Assembly: GCF_902713615.1 (NCBI RefSeq)
Contig: NC_052170.1
Location: 4,588,001 to 4,652,000, forward strand
DNA from: Scyliorhinus canicula
Lineage: Eukaryota
DNA length: 64,000 bases
Reading direction: 5' to 3'
The notes under the pieces were generated by a model. That model was not told the origin of the DNA. It did not search any database and saw only the letters and a program-made list of their open reading frames with translations. The position numbers and the translations under genes were made by a program. Of this stretch, positions 14,304-27,012 are shown in pieces (within the stretch, counting starts at the first letter, position 1; every line of letters begins with the position of its first letter).

Positions 14304-14683
14304 TGTCGTCATACATCAGTATATCATGGTGCAGACACACACTGATGGACACACAGGGACCAATCAACATGTACAAACACTGCAGCCAATCACCAGTTAG
14401 AATACACACTAAAGGCAGAGGGCACCACGGTTCCTGCTCATTCTGGGTGCTGCCTCAGTGTAACAGGAACTTATTCAGCCCAGCACGGACTCTCAACACG
14501 TGCCGAGAGAATCAACTGGTTTGGACAAGGCTTGGGTCTCGTTCAAGTTAGCATTATTTAGACCCACAGTCATCGTGTGTTAGTTAGTTTAGAAGTAGTT
14601 AATAAAATTGAGTTGAACCTTCATCAGTGTTGGAAGTTGGAAGTGTCTGTTCATCTCTCAAGCCTACACTAGCCAACACTTCA
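14304..14683 (+). mobile_element. Solo LTR inserted into a SINE tail
   Basis: TG...CA termini. 5-bp TSD cccaa (14299-14303 and 14684-14688) splits the SINE sequence gagtacccaa|ttcattttttcc. Contains two CCAAT boxes and AATAAA at 14601. Confidence 0.8.
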
Positions 14684-15163
14684 CCCAATTCATTTTTTCC
14701 AATTAAGGGGCACTTTAGCATGGTCAATCCACCTATCCAGCACACAGACAGTGACCCAGGGCCAGGATCAAACCTGGGACCTTGGTGCCATGAGGCAGCA
14801 GTGCTAACCACTGTGCTGCCCTGTTGAGTGGGGGTGTCCTTAACTGCTGAGCAAGAACCCAGCCTCATCTGTCTGCCTTTAGGTGACAGCTGGCATTGGA
14901 GTATAATGGGGTTTTGCAGTTGTTGAACACTGGGTCTGAGCCCTCTGGCAGCCATTGCTGCCTCTAAACATGTGACACAAATCTGGTCTTGCGTCCCACA
15001 GTTTGGACGCCCTGATCTATTAAAGGAAGCTGCAGTGATGGGTTTTGAATTTCAAATTGTTATTCCTCCCCCCCCCCCCCAATGCCACTTTGCTGTTCAG
15101 CTGTGATGTTCTTTCTTACAGAATTGATGCATTCTGGTCCTGAAGGATCATCTTGGTAGCAAC

Positions 15164-15641
15164 ATGGCTTCTGCCCAGAACATGGATGGGCCTGAAATAC
15201 CGGAAGTGGCTTCGGACCCAATACCAGAAGAGGATCTGGCAGCTGTTCAAGGGTCAGCGAGCAATCTGGAGAAAGCGGGGTCTGCCAAAGGCAGCCTGAA
15301 ACCACCCACTGGAAATCGGGCCAAAGCAGGGTTCATGGGTAGTAGGCCACCAATTTCCAGCCGAACGGCCTCGACGTTACAAAGCAGAGTGGCCAGTGGC
15401 GGTCAGAATAAGAACGCGCAAGAGCAGAGAGCATCCAAGACTGTACCAGGATCTGGCACATCATCTCATGCCAAAATAATGGAGAAGAAGATGGCTGCCA
15501 GGGGCAAGGCCACTCAGGAAAATAAGACTGGGGCCTGTGGTGCAAATGGACCAGTGGGGAAGAGTGGAAGGCCCAGGAAAGAGGTGTTCACTGACCGAGG
15601 GAAATCTCCATCTCCACCACCCAGATCCAATGTCACCTCGG
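15164..15641 (+). CDS. PRR36: PRR36-like protein, coding exon 1 (exon begins 15122)
   Basis: Acceptor ctttcttacag at 15121. ATG at 15164 in strong context (AACATGG) with an in-frame upstream TGA at 15125. Lys/Ser/Ala/Gly-rich ORF. Phase-1 donor G|gtttgt at 15642 fits the next exon. This exon is assigned to the gene by phase chaining, not by homology. Confidence 0.72.
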
Positions 15642-17479
15642 GTTTGTCCACTGCAGTTTTGTTTCAACTTTCAGTGCTGTTGAATGTGGATGCTAATAAG
15701 CTCCCTGTGTCTCATTTATCCATGTTTTCTCCATTTGGGAATATTCTGAAAGTTGATATGAAATATTATTGGGCAAAGAGGTTATCTCTTTAGCTTGAGT
15801 AGTGCCCAAAAAAAAACTCTTTACAGTTAACCCATTAACTCAATCCCTTCAAATCGAGATGTTCATAGAATCCCTCCAGTCCAGAAGGCCATTCAGCCCA
15901 TCTAGTCTGGACCAACCCTCTTAAGAGTATTCCACCCACGTTCACTTCCCCACCCTATCTCTCTCACCCCTTAGCCTAGCCTAATGGGCAATTTAACATG
16001 GCTAATCTACCAAACTTGTACAGCTTTGGACTGTGGGAGGAAGCCTATGCAGACACTGGGAGAACATACAACCACAGTCAACCAAGGCTGAAATTGAACC
16101 TGGGTCCCTGGTGTTGAGTTGGCAGTGCTAACTGCTGTCACCCATGATACCCTATTAATATGACACGAGTGCGGCCTTGTTGTCACATGTCCTTATTGTG
16201 TGGCCCATGTGTCTTTGACGAGCACAATGCAAATTCATGAACCTGAAGCTTTGCTAATTTGAAAAGGTTTTGATCTTTTAGACTGTCCATATTTGTGTTA
16301 AGCATCTGCTTAGTCTTCATTCATCTGCCTTTGAGTTCAAAACGGGTCCCGCAGTAAAAAGGTGAGAACTATGATAACACTTTCACCTGGGGGATTTGTA
16401 AATTCTCAAATCTTTCATTCAAATTGTTAAAATTGGGTCTGTAGTTTCAAAATTGGTTTGGGACCAGATTGGGTTCCTTCTCGTGCCAGTCTCTCATTGT
16501 TCAATCCTTGCCAGTCATTGATCACTTTGATACTCCACTTTCTATATTTATCCTGTCTCTTTTAAAAAAAAAAAAATAAGTGTCAATTCATTTTTTCTAA
16601 TTCGGGGCAATTTAGTGCGGCCAATCCACCTAACCACATGTTGTGGGGGTGAAACCCACGCAAACACGGGTGCAAACTCCACACGGACAGTGACCCAGAG
16701 CTGGGATCGAACCTGGGACCTTGGTGCCGTGGGGCAGCAGTGCTATATCTATCCTGCAAGCAACTGTGGATCTTGAGCAGACTCGGTGCACTCCTCAGTC
16801 GGGAGTAGTGGAAACTTCTGGGGAGATGGGATAAAGCAGTCTGGTTATCTTTCTATCTATCTTTTGCTTTGCAACTATAGGTTTTTCCAACTTGGCCCAT
16901 TCATAACTTTTTTGTCCCGTATCCACTTCAACCTGCCCAATATCACCGCACCCTTTCAGTTAAATTAAGCTGTTAAGACTTTAAAAATGCTCGAGACTAT
17001 AGGGAGGGTGACCTTATCACTTCTCCATATTGGGAGAAATACAGGGAACTGCAGTGTTAATTTGTACAATTGGAATCCTATAAGTTACAAATGGGAGTCC
17101 AGAAGTAATTTATTTAACTAGAAGCAGTCCAGAAGGCAGGTTCTCATCCAGGATCCTTGGGCCTTCTCCCCTTTACCCACTGCCCCAACCCCAGTTGTTA
17201 CCGGTGCTAGGAATGTTTTGTGGTTTTGTACCTGCTGTCTGAGATCCTGTTCCAGCCAGCCCAATACTGATACTCCTCTGGGATTCCTGAGGGTTCTTGG
17301 GAAGCAGGCAGAAAGGTGGCCAAATGACCAACTACTCCACTCCAAACTGGCCAGACCCTCGCTCCCATACTCTTAATAGTTGAGTTTGACGTAATACCAT
17401 TCCATGTTTTTGGTGATAAATGTCCTTGCTCCAGATGGGACTAAACCAGTGACTTGGATCAGGACAATATCTTCAAGTA

Positions 17480-20400
17480 TTTTTGTTCCCAATTTCCAAC
17501 AAACCTAAAACCCACCCAACACATTAAACCCCCTCCCTCAGCAGTCAACGGTAACCAACTCTCCAAAATGCAAAATGAACAAACACCAACTATTGTGGTA
17601 GCCATTGCTCACCCCTCCCCCTCCACTTGTGGGGTGAAATTCACTAGGGCCAAGACCCTCCCCTGCCATGCTGGGGCACAGGGTGGAGAAGCTGACCTCT
17701 ACCCCCAACAAGACCTGTCTGCAAGTAGTCAGCGAGGCAAGGCTAAGACCCACCTGCAGCTCTAGCTGGTCCTACACCCCAGATACGGCTTCTTGAGGGA
17801 CTGGGCTCCACATCTACAGCAGAATCTCCAAAATTGTGCTGAAAACTGCCCTCAAAATGTAAATCACCTTCTAAACCTTTCCAGCTTCGAGCAAGCCCAA
17901 AACATATGTACATGGGTTCACAGGGCCCCTCCCACATCACTCTCTGACATCCTCTACCCCCTCGAACAGCTGGCTCATCCTAGACTTTGAGGTCAGCTCT
18001 ATCAACCCCAGAGTTGCACACTTGAGGCATTCGCTCTCCAGACAGTCCCTCCTAAAATGCCAGCCCTAGTTCTTCCTCCCACTTTGCCTTAACTACCTCC
18101 ATGGACATATCCTCCTCCAAGCTGCCCCCCCTGACAACACTGCCTACAATGAGGAGGTGGGTGTTTTTGGGAAGAAAGTCCAGCACCTACGTATACTGGA
18201 AACTGTTGCCCCATCCAACCCAAACTTCTCATTCAGCTCCTCCCAAGCTCTCAAATCATCCTCTGAAAAACAGATCCTTCATCTCCCTAATCCTCCTCTA
18301 TTCCCCAGAACCTTGCATGGCTCAAACCTGTGATTTCCCCTGATAGGCAGACTACCCCTTCCTTCCCATAACCCTGTTCCCAACCTAAAATACTGCCTCT
18401 TCAGCATGGCCATCACCACCAGACTCTGAATACTTCCCTGGGGCCATTGGGAGCAGTGCCATTGTCAGTGTGCGCAGCCCTGACCCCCACATCAACCCAC
18501 CTCCATCCTCACCCACAAAAGCCCCCACCTCCCTATTCCGTCATTGAACTTTCTCTGCATTTGCTGCCCAGTAATACAGCAAATTCAGGAGGCCCAACCC
18601 CACCTTCTGCCCCCTCTGTAGTATCACCCTCCATATCCTGGCCACCTTCCCTGCCCAAATGAATGAGATTTACCTTGGGCAAAAAAGGGCTGGTAAGCAC
18701 AGGCAAAAAAAAAACACTAGGAGTGGGAGAGGTAAAATGTCCATCTGTGCAGCCCATACCCTGCCCGCTAATGACGGGGGCAGCTTGTCGCAGCTCAGCA
18801 AGCCCTCACCACTAAGCTAGTGAAATAGAACTTCCAGAGACCTGCCCAATCCCAGGCCACCTGCACCCCCCAGATACCTAATGGGCTGCCAAAGTGAAAT
18901 GGCAGCCCCGCTCCCACCCCTGGGGAGGAGACCATAAAGTGCACGCTTTTCCCTAAATTCAACTTGTACCCAGAGAACGTCCCGAATCTTTGAAGCAAAC
19001 CCATTATGCTCCCGACTGGATGAGCCTGGCTCAGAAATATATAACCAGTCAGCTGGATACAGGACGCCCTATGCTTTCCATGCCCTCCCCCCCTCATTAT
19101 CCACTTGCACAGCCCTGAGTGTAATGGCCAAGGTTTCCATAGCCAATGGAAGCAGATGGGGGCAACCCTGTCTCCTTCCCTGGTGCATCGCAAAGCACCC
19201 TAAATCCATACTATTTGTGCGCTCACTCTCCATCGGCTCCTTCTACAGAAACTGCACCTATACCACAAACCTCGGCCCAATCCCATATTTCTCCAACACC
19301 GCCTTCTGCACTGTAAATTCTACAAAATAGCTCCACTCCACCCAATCCCCCCCACCCCACCACCATTCACTTGTTTAAATGAGTATCCAATTCTTTTCCC
19401 AGTTAAGGGGCAATTATTCCACCTACCCGGCACATCTTGGGCGAGACCCACGCAGACATGGGAGGAATGTGCAAACTCTACACGGACGGTGACTGGGATG
19501 AAGGCTGCAGTGCTGACCACTTCCATCGATCAGTCACACCACCCAGGACCATTGATTCCTGTTTCACTGTGGCCCCTCCCACCATCACACTCTCTTACAC
19601 TAACCGCCTTTGTTAGCTAGTGCGGTGACCCCCTGCCAGAGACCTCTTCTCCCCCCCACCTCCTGCCAGCCCCTCAATAACCTGGCTCCACCTGCCCAAA
19701 ACCCCACCATCCCAAACCATGCAATGAAGAATCACACCCATGAGGAGAAACAGGAACCCAAGTAAATAACCCCCCTGCCATTAAGAGACCCAAAACAAAA
19801 CTCCAATCCAAGGAAAAATAGCATTCCCCAGCTGCACTAACGGAGACCAAATCCCAACTCTCATCTCCATCCCAGTCCTTCAGCCTTCCTCCGCCATCTC
19901 CAAATAGGTATTTCACTCCCAAGCTCACTCTGCTGTGTATAACCAACTTTCACCTGTCCACAGGCTGCCCACCTCGCCAACTTCACCGTCAGATCTTGGT
20001 CTGTGTTTACGTCGTCTCACTCCACATGTTGGGCTGGATTCTCCCACGCTGGTGTGTAAACGGTGCTGTTTTACACCAGGAAAGTTCAAGTGTTTTTATT
20101 ATCAGTTGGATGTGGCAGATTTTGGAACAGGGGGTTTTTGTTCCTCATCAGTCCTGTGGCTGGGGCAGATTCGATTATTACTGGAGCTTCCCCCCCCCCC
20201 CCCCCCCCCCCCAACAGCAATGGACAAAGCCACTGGGAAGGTCAGGAACACCTTTCCTTGCAAACTTCACACCTGAATCCCCCCCCCCCCCCTCCTGCTG
20301 GAGTCCTTGCTTCGTCCCCCAGCTCCTCCAAACTGGTAAAGCGCCTCTCCAGAACCATATCCTTCTGTTTTGCCCCTTTCTCCTCGCACACATCCATCCT

Positions 20401-21560
20401 CCTCCCTGCTTTGAACCTGTCCCTCTGATCAGCAACACCTTCAACCCTGCCCTCAACCTGGAAGTGCTGCCAAGATTGCCCCCAAATCTTCAGTGTGGCT
20501 TTCACCTTCAGGATTACCCGCATACCTCCCTGGAGCAAACAATAGCAGCACCATTGCCAGCACCCACAACCCCACTCTGAATCTGCCTCCATCCACTCCC
20601 AGAGAGCCTCAGTCTCCTCACCAGCCCTGCATTATCTCTGCATTCCTCACCCAGTAATAGTGCAGCAAATTGGCCTCTGTCTCCTCACTCCAGCCCTGCA
20701 TCATCTCTGCATTCCTCACCCAGTAATAGTGCAGCAAATTGGCCTCTGTCTCCTCACTCCAGCCCTGCATCATCTCTGCATTCCTCACCCAGTAATAGTG
20801 CAGCAAATTGGCAATGGCCAGGCCCCCTGACTGGCACCCCTTCAGGAGCACCGCCTTCCTTCTGACACTAACACTAACAGAAGCCGTGGCGGAATGTTCA
20901 CCTTTACAGCCTGTATTTGGCCAACCATTGACGAAAGAGACTGTCCCATCTCCCCCAAACCCTCCTTCGCCAGCCCTTCCCCCCCCCCCCCCCCCCAAAC
21001 CCTCCACCTTCCCCACCAGGTTCGTGAAATTTAGCTGATGTGCCCAGCCCTGCACTCCCCAATGCCTAAAGTGAGTCGTTGCAACCCGAATGTCCACCCT
21101 TCCACTCTTACGCCATGGCACCTGGAGAAGACACTACACAATAGTCACACTTCCCTAAAACGGCCCAGACCTGTCCAGCTTTGGGTCCAACCATGTTTCT
21201 TCTCCTCCCCCCCCCCCCCCCCCCCCCCCCAACCAACTAGCAGGGCAGCCATGCTGGGCACTTTTTCTCCCCCACACAAAAAAAGAACAACCAATTCCAA
21301 TGCCCCCACCCCTCCAAACTCCCTGTACACTTCATCCTAACCAAACTGTCCAAATCCCAACAATCATAAATGCCAAACCCTTTTTTACACCAAAACAGTT
21401 AACCATAACACCCATACACATAAAAACAAGAGGAGAAAGAAAACCAAATCGAAAGCTGTTCACTCCAGCGCCAGGCCTTCGGCCTTCACAAATGCCTCCG
21501 CCGCCATCTTGTAATAATAGTAATGGGTGACCTGAATCTTCTGGATAAATCTCACATTGC
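17480..21560 (-). mobile_element. Cluster of old, rearranged L1-clade fragments (boundaries approximate)
   Basis: Degenerate ORF2 peptides (FGTFSGYKLNLGKS, GVQVAWDWAGL, GGLAIANLLHYYW) and ORF1-like sequence near 19850-20200. C-rich plus strand as in the younger L1 copies. Confidence 0.7.
20621..20812. repeat. 69-bp tandem repeat, about 2.8 copies, inside an L1 remnant
   Basis: Unit ccagccctgcatyatctctgcattcctcacccagtaatagtgcagcaaattggcctctgtctcctcact starting at 20621, 20690 and 20759. Confidence 0.92.
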
Positions 21561-21894
21561 GCTTGTACAACACCACCTTGGCTCAACCAAAGGCTGCCTG
21601 CCTCCTTGCCAGCTGTCGTCAAGCCCTGGTATGTATGTATGTATGTATACCCTTGACTTCCCACTCCACCTCCTGCTTCTGCTTTGACCACCTCCACACC
21701 TTCTCCTTCACTTGACAATTATGAAAACAGATGATGACAGCTCTTGGTGGTTCAATCGTTCTCGGTTTGGGCTAGTGGGCCCTGTCTAATTCGTACGGGG
21801 GGGGGGGGGGATTAAAAAAAAAATTAAACTGTTTGTCACATGCTTGAGGTTTGAAAGGTGCCAATGCTGGAAATGGCTTTTTTAATTTAAAAAA

Positions 21895-22165
21895 AATAAT
21901 CACAAGTAGGCTTGCATTAACACTGCAGTGAAGTATTGTGAAAAGCCCCTAGTCACCACACTCCGGTGCCTGTTTGGGTACACTGAGGGAGAATTCAGAT
22001 TGTCCAGTTCACCGAACAAGCACGTCTTTCAGGACTTGTGGGAGGAAACCGGAGGAAACCCACGCGCACACTGGGAGAATGTGTAGATTCCGCACAGACA
22101 GTGACCCAAGCCGGGAATCGAACCTTGGACCCTGGCGCTGTGAAGCAACAGCGCTAACCACTGCT
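21895..22165 (-). mobile_element. tRNA-derived SINE (type C)
   Basis: Homologous to 59050-59345. Confidence 0.85.
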
Positions 22166-22469
22166 CTCATGTAATGGTCTGAAAATCGAAATGTACTTTT
22201 TTTGGTCTGACACCACGGAGTAATTCAACAAGTAACCACATCTCTGGCACCAGACATTGGCTACAGATAAATTTCAGATCGATGGTCTTTGCTTGACCAC
22301 CTCCACCATTTTATAACCGTCACTGGGGCTGCGACCAAGTGTCACGGATACAAATGTCACCAACCGTCATATGATTCACTGATTGCTCCTTTTTCTCCAG
22401 GACCCCCACTTGAATCTTGCTGCAATGGAGGTGTAACTCCTCACTAATGGTGGTTTGCTTCATCCCTGT

Positions 22470-22817
22470 TAGAACATAGAACATAGAACGATACAGCGCA
22501 GTACAGGCCCTTCGGCCCTCGATGTTGCACCGACATGGAAAAAAAAACTAAAGGCCATCTAACCTACACTATGCCCTTATCATCCATATGCTTATCCAAT
22601 AAACTTTTAAATGCCCTCAATGTTGGCGAGTTCACTACTGTTGCAGGTAGGGCATTCCACGGCCTCACCACTCTTTGCGTAAAAAACCCACCTCTGACCT
22701 CTGTCCTATATCTATTACCCCTCAATTTAAGGCTATGTCCCCTCGTGCTAGCCACCTCCATCCGCGGGGGAAGGCTCTCGCTGTCCACCCTATCTAACCC
22801 TCTGATCATTTTGTATG
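22470..22817 (-). mobile_element. CR1-clade LINE 3' fragment (HER1-like)
   Basis: Peptide YKMIRGLDRVD...TRGHSLKL...FFTQRVVRPWNALP. Tail gggccgaagggcc...(ttctatg)n. Confidence 0.9.
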
Positions 22818-23634
22818 CAAGGTTCATGACCTTTCCAATTAAAGTGCTGTCAAGTTACCCAACAATCACTGCACAAAGTGGAAACTGAATGAGAAGCTCC
22901 AACTGAATCCTTGCACAGGTGAAAGTGAACAGTACGAAGCTTCCCCCATTCCTGATCCAACTCCCATCTTGGAATGAAATTCAGGAGAAAATGAATGAAA
23001 TGCTTCATTTTGGACTCTACATCTGTTCCTGACTGGCTGCCCCATACCTGCTATTGATGTGATGTATTTAAAAGGGGGAATAAAATTTGTTAATGTTGGC
23101 CTTTTTGTAAACTATTGTTAAATCATTCCTCTTCACTGTCTTGACTTTGCTCCCTCATGAATAATTCATCTGTTTATTCAAAGATCTTAACTGGTTAATA
23201 ACCCAAAGTCAATCTTTCACATGCACTGTTACATTGGAAAACTCTAACCTAATATTTAATTTCTAGTCTGGCGTTTACAAAAGGTTAGGAATGAACAACA
23301 ATGTCTCGTAAGCTAACTGCTGGCTGTCCAGTTTACTGCAAGTATTGATTTCAACTTCAATAATTGTTTAATTTGGGATTAATTTGTTTCCATTTTCAGG
23401 AGAACCAAACAGCATTAGCTCTGTAATACAGGATGCCCTTTCACAAATTAATTGAATTAATTTGAATATTTTCAAATTTGTAAAATCTAATCTACAAAAT
23501 CAAATTCCTCTCCCATCTGACCTAATTTCAGTTCTTTTGTAATTTATGCTTTTCTTATCAACTCTCAAATTCATTCTCACAATAGTATTTGCAATTTACT
23601 TGTGCATATTTTTAATTCACACACTCTTTTGCAG

Positions 23635-23710
23635 TTTTGAGGCAGACTGTGGCAATGAGCAAGTTGCCCATCCCGAAACCAGAGAAGTTACCACTGAACA
23701 AATTGAGCAG
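23635..23710 (+). CDS. PRR36: PRR36-like protein, coding exon 2 (76 nt; VLRQTVAMSKLPIPKPEKLPLNKLS)
   Basis: Acceptor ctcttttgcag, donor CAG|gtaatg. Phase 1 in and phase 2 out links exons 1 and 3 with no stop. Confidence 0.7.
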
Positions 23711-23959
23711 GTAATGGGAGTCTCTTCCTCTCTCTCGTAATTAATCCTGCAATGAGGACATTAATCTGAATTTGGCGTATTGTTTATAGCAAAACTAATC
23801 TGTACCACCTTTGTTCAACTGCAGCATTATCTCTTCTTTCCAAACTCTGACGCACACCTTTCTGAATACTGATTGCCCAGTATCTCCAAGGTGTAATTAT
23901 CTCCTGTACACAGTCCTTGATACAACCAGAAATCTGTCTTTTGAAGAGATGGCACCTCT

Positions 23960-24300
23960 TGTGATCACCCGACAGTACTTTACAGCCATAAAGTACTTTG
24001 TAAGTTACTGTTGTAATGAATGAAGCCCCAGGTGACAGCAATGTGGTGATGAGCGATTATCTATAGTCTTCAAACAACATTAAACCAACAAATCGGCCAG
24101 AACACTGGGGAGAACACTCCTATTCTTCAACTATTTTTCAAAATAGTGCTCTGGGATCTTTTGGCATTTGCCCTGAGCAGGGAGATGGGGCCTCTTGTGT
24201 TGATGACCCCTCTGGCATTGTGTCCAGTCAGCTTGTTGATTTTAGGACTTTAGGGGACTGAACATGGAGCCTCCTTGCTCAATGAGTGTTACCAACTGAC
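23960..24300 (-). mobile_element. DeuSINE-like relic
   Basis: ggccagaacactggggagaacactcc..tcttc..aaatagtgc..tgggatctttt, homologous to 50935-51340. Confidence 0.65.
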
Positions 24301-25345
24301 ATCCTCCTGAGAGAACTGCCCAACAGGAGTACTTGAGTTAGGAAACACTCTCTCCCTTATCTCACTCTGAGGATATCTCTGCCTGGAGTGTCCTTCCAGA
24401 TATGAAATTTCAATTTCTCATGTTTTCTAACCTGGGAATGATGAAACTAATTGTCTTCAATTAGGAGCTAATTGTTTTAACTCCCAGGAAGCTGCTGTGA
24501 TGGCGTGGGTTAGAACCCATTTATTTGAAGAATGATGTGCATTATATAATACGCCCAAGTACTACCAGTTTAGTTCCATTGCTAATGGGTGAATAATTGA
24601 ATCTGGTATGATGATGGGCTTAATTATGTATGAGATCATTTGTAGATGGGCCTGATACAATGGCCCAAAAAGCAGCTCGCCACAGCACAGCGTGGCCGAA
24701 AAGCTGGGGGGGGGGGGCTCCCATTGTGTTGGGGCTGGGGATACCCTTGGGGGGAGGGAGGGGGTGGAAACAGGTGGTTTGTGAAGGAGGGGATGGGGAA
24801 GAAGAGAAATGGGTGGTTCCTGAAGACCACCAGGAGGGTGGCAGTGTTCCCGTCACATTCTTCCTGCCCCAGCAAACCTGTTCAGAAGGAAGATTTGATA
24901 ATCCTGTCTGACTCTCCCTGTAGAATCCCTGCAATGCAGAAGGTAAGTGACCTTCCGAGAGCACGGTACCTAGACCCACTCCCCCTGACTTCTCCCTGTA
25001 ACCCTGCACATTGATCATGGCCTATCCACCTAACCTGCTCCTCCTTTGGGAGGAAACTCGTGCAAACTGCACACTCGCCCAAGGTTGGAATTCTACCCCA
25101 GGTGCCTGGAGCTGAGGCAGCAGTGCCAACCACTGTGCTGTCTAATGAACTTGGCCAATCTATTGCACTTTAAGCAAATTCTCAATTGCACATGTAACAA
25201 CCAGGGAGAGGAATGTTGACTCTATTTTGTCCCTGTATTTACTTGAATCAGGCATACTAGTTACATCTGATATTTAAGAGCCAAATGTAAATTTGCAGTT
25301 TAATGAACGAGTTAATCCAACATTCTGGTCCTTGGCTGGTAGGAA

Positions 25346-25599
25346 TGATGCACAGTAGAACGTCTAGTTCTTGACTAATTGAAGTGTTTTATTTTAAAAT
25401 AAATGTGGTAAAGATAACTGAGAAATATATTACAAACTACTAATACTGCCAAATTATCTTGGGGCTACTGCAAGTATGACTGTCCACTGGCACGACTAAC
25501 TCCCAACTCCTCGAGGCACAAAGTTACATGGTAGATTTACACTGCCACCTGCTGTTCGGAGGTTGTGTACATTATATACATGATTTCTTATGCATATCA
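25346..25599 (-). mobile_element. Probable solo LTR
   Basis: TGAT...ATCA termini, minus-strand AATAAA near 25388, and the same layout as the other solo LTRs. TSD unclear. Confidence 0.55.
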
Positions 25600-26162
25600 T
25601 AGGGGGCTGGGGTTAGAGAACCCCATGAGGGGAGACTGATGTTTTACTGATATCTGGGTGGGTTGTTGAGAAATCTAGTTAAGTTAACCGCAGTCTGCTT
25701 CTTAATTCGGGCACTCGCCCAGAATTAGTACAAGATGGAGATGATACATTTATTGCCTTCTATTTTTGCTCAAAACCCAGGGAATCTTGTGGCTTTATTC
25801 ATTGAGCAAGAGCCTTGATGTCAGAACGAATTAATTCTATGTTGTCACTGTTGGCTCGAGATTCTGCATTTTGGGTGGACTAATTGAGTTGAGAAGGGAG
25901 ATGCCACCATCTGCTGGCCTGATGTGAAATGACAGCAGGAACCTGCCGTATACACTGAGATTGGTAACTAGGTTAGCTATCATGTTCCTGGACTAAACAT
26001 TGGCCACCATGTGTTGCTATGACTACAGCAGGCGCTAGCTTACTTTTTGTCCTGTTTTATTATACTTGCAGCCTGGCTCCTCTCGAGGCAGTATGATTGA
26101 AGAGTGATGTGAGATTTGCAACTTCCCACCCTGTGACATTTTTTTTTCCTTTTTTTCCAAAG

Positions 26163-26563
26163 ACTAGATTGTACGGCTCCATGGATCCAGTCCTCGACTC
26201 CGAGTGCGGGAGCAGTGAAGAAGCAGCCAGCTCCGTCAAGCCACTCCACTCTGAACGCAGGAGCGGTGAGGAAACAAGCAGTGCCTCGAGTTCCTAACAA
26301 GCGGCAAACCCCAGCCCCCCTGGGTGCTGCGCCCACAGGAGATCGATCAAGGAAAAACCCAGCTCCCCTGGGTGCTGCACCCACAGGAGACAGGCCAAGG
26401 AAAAACCCAGCCCCCCTGGGTGCTGCGCCCACAGGAGACAGGTCAAGGAAAACCCCAGCTCCCCTCGGTGCTGCGCCCACAGGAGACAGGTCAAGGAAAA
26501 CCCCAGCCCCCCTGGGTGCTGCACCCACAGGAGACAGGTCAAGGAAAACGCCCACCGTCCTGA
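26163..26563 (+). CDS. PRR36: PRR36-like protein, coding exon 3 (contains 5 x 16-aa repeat)
   Basis: Long polypyrimidine tract plus aag acceptor at 26162, donor A|gtaagg at 26564. Phase 2 in, phase 1 out. Same frame as ORF 26215..26613. Confidence 0.75.
26308..26547 (+). repeat. Coding 48-bp minisatellite, 5 copies ([T/N]PAPLGAAPTGDR[S/P]RK)
   Basis: Five in-frame near-identical units within exon 3. Confidence 0.95.
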
Positions 26564-27012
26564 GTAAGGAAGGCGATTTATTCATTCAATTTATACATTC
26601 AATTATTCATTGAGAGTGTAGCTGTTGCGATGCCATAAACATTGTGGGTTCTCGAACTAATCTCTGCCAGACTTCTTCTGGGGCCAATTCACGCTCGATT
26701 GGGAGGTAGATATGAGTTTAGTTTGGAGAGGTCAGCCATTGAGCTGTGTTTCTCCCAGACCCCTGCCGTCCATCAGCTATGACATGAGCCAAGTGTTTAT
26801 TTTATAATCCATGAGGAGGCACGAGGATTGGTCACCTCAATTTCAGACAACACATCTGTGTAACCTTTTTAAGTGATAAATATTGGGAATATTCTGAAAC
26901 CGTTTCTAACAGCCCGCACATCAAATGCTTGTTCAGTGTGAATGTGCTCTGAGGTTGCAAATGATCTCCTGAAACGATACTGGGATTAAATGAGATTGGG
27001 ATTCCTAGAGTA

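Noticed and set aside
15642-15793. 3' part of ORF 15164..15793
   Set aside because: Composition shifts to AT-rich after the phase-compatible donor at 15642, so I treat it as intron read-through.
23400-23432. Possible extra PRR36 micro-exon after ttccattttcag
   Set aside because: The acceptor is good, but the only nearby donor (TCT|gtaata) is weak and phase-incompatible with the next exon.
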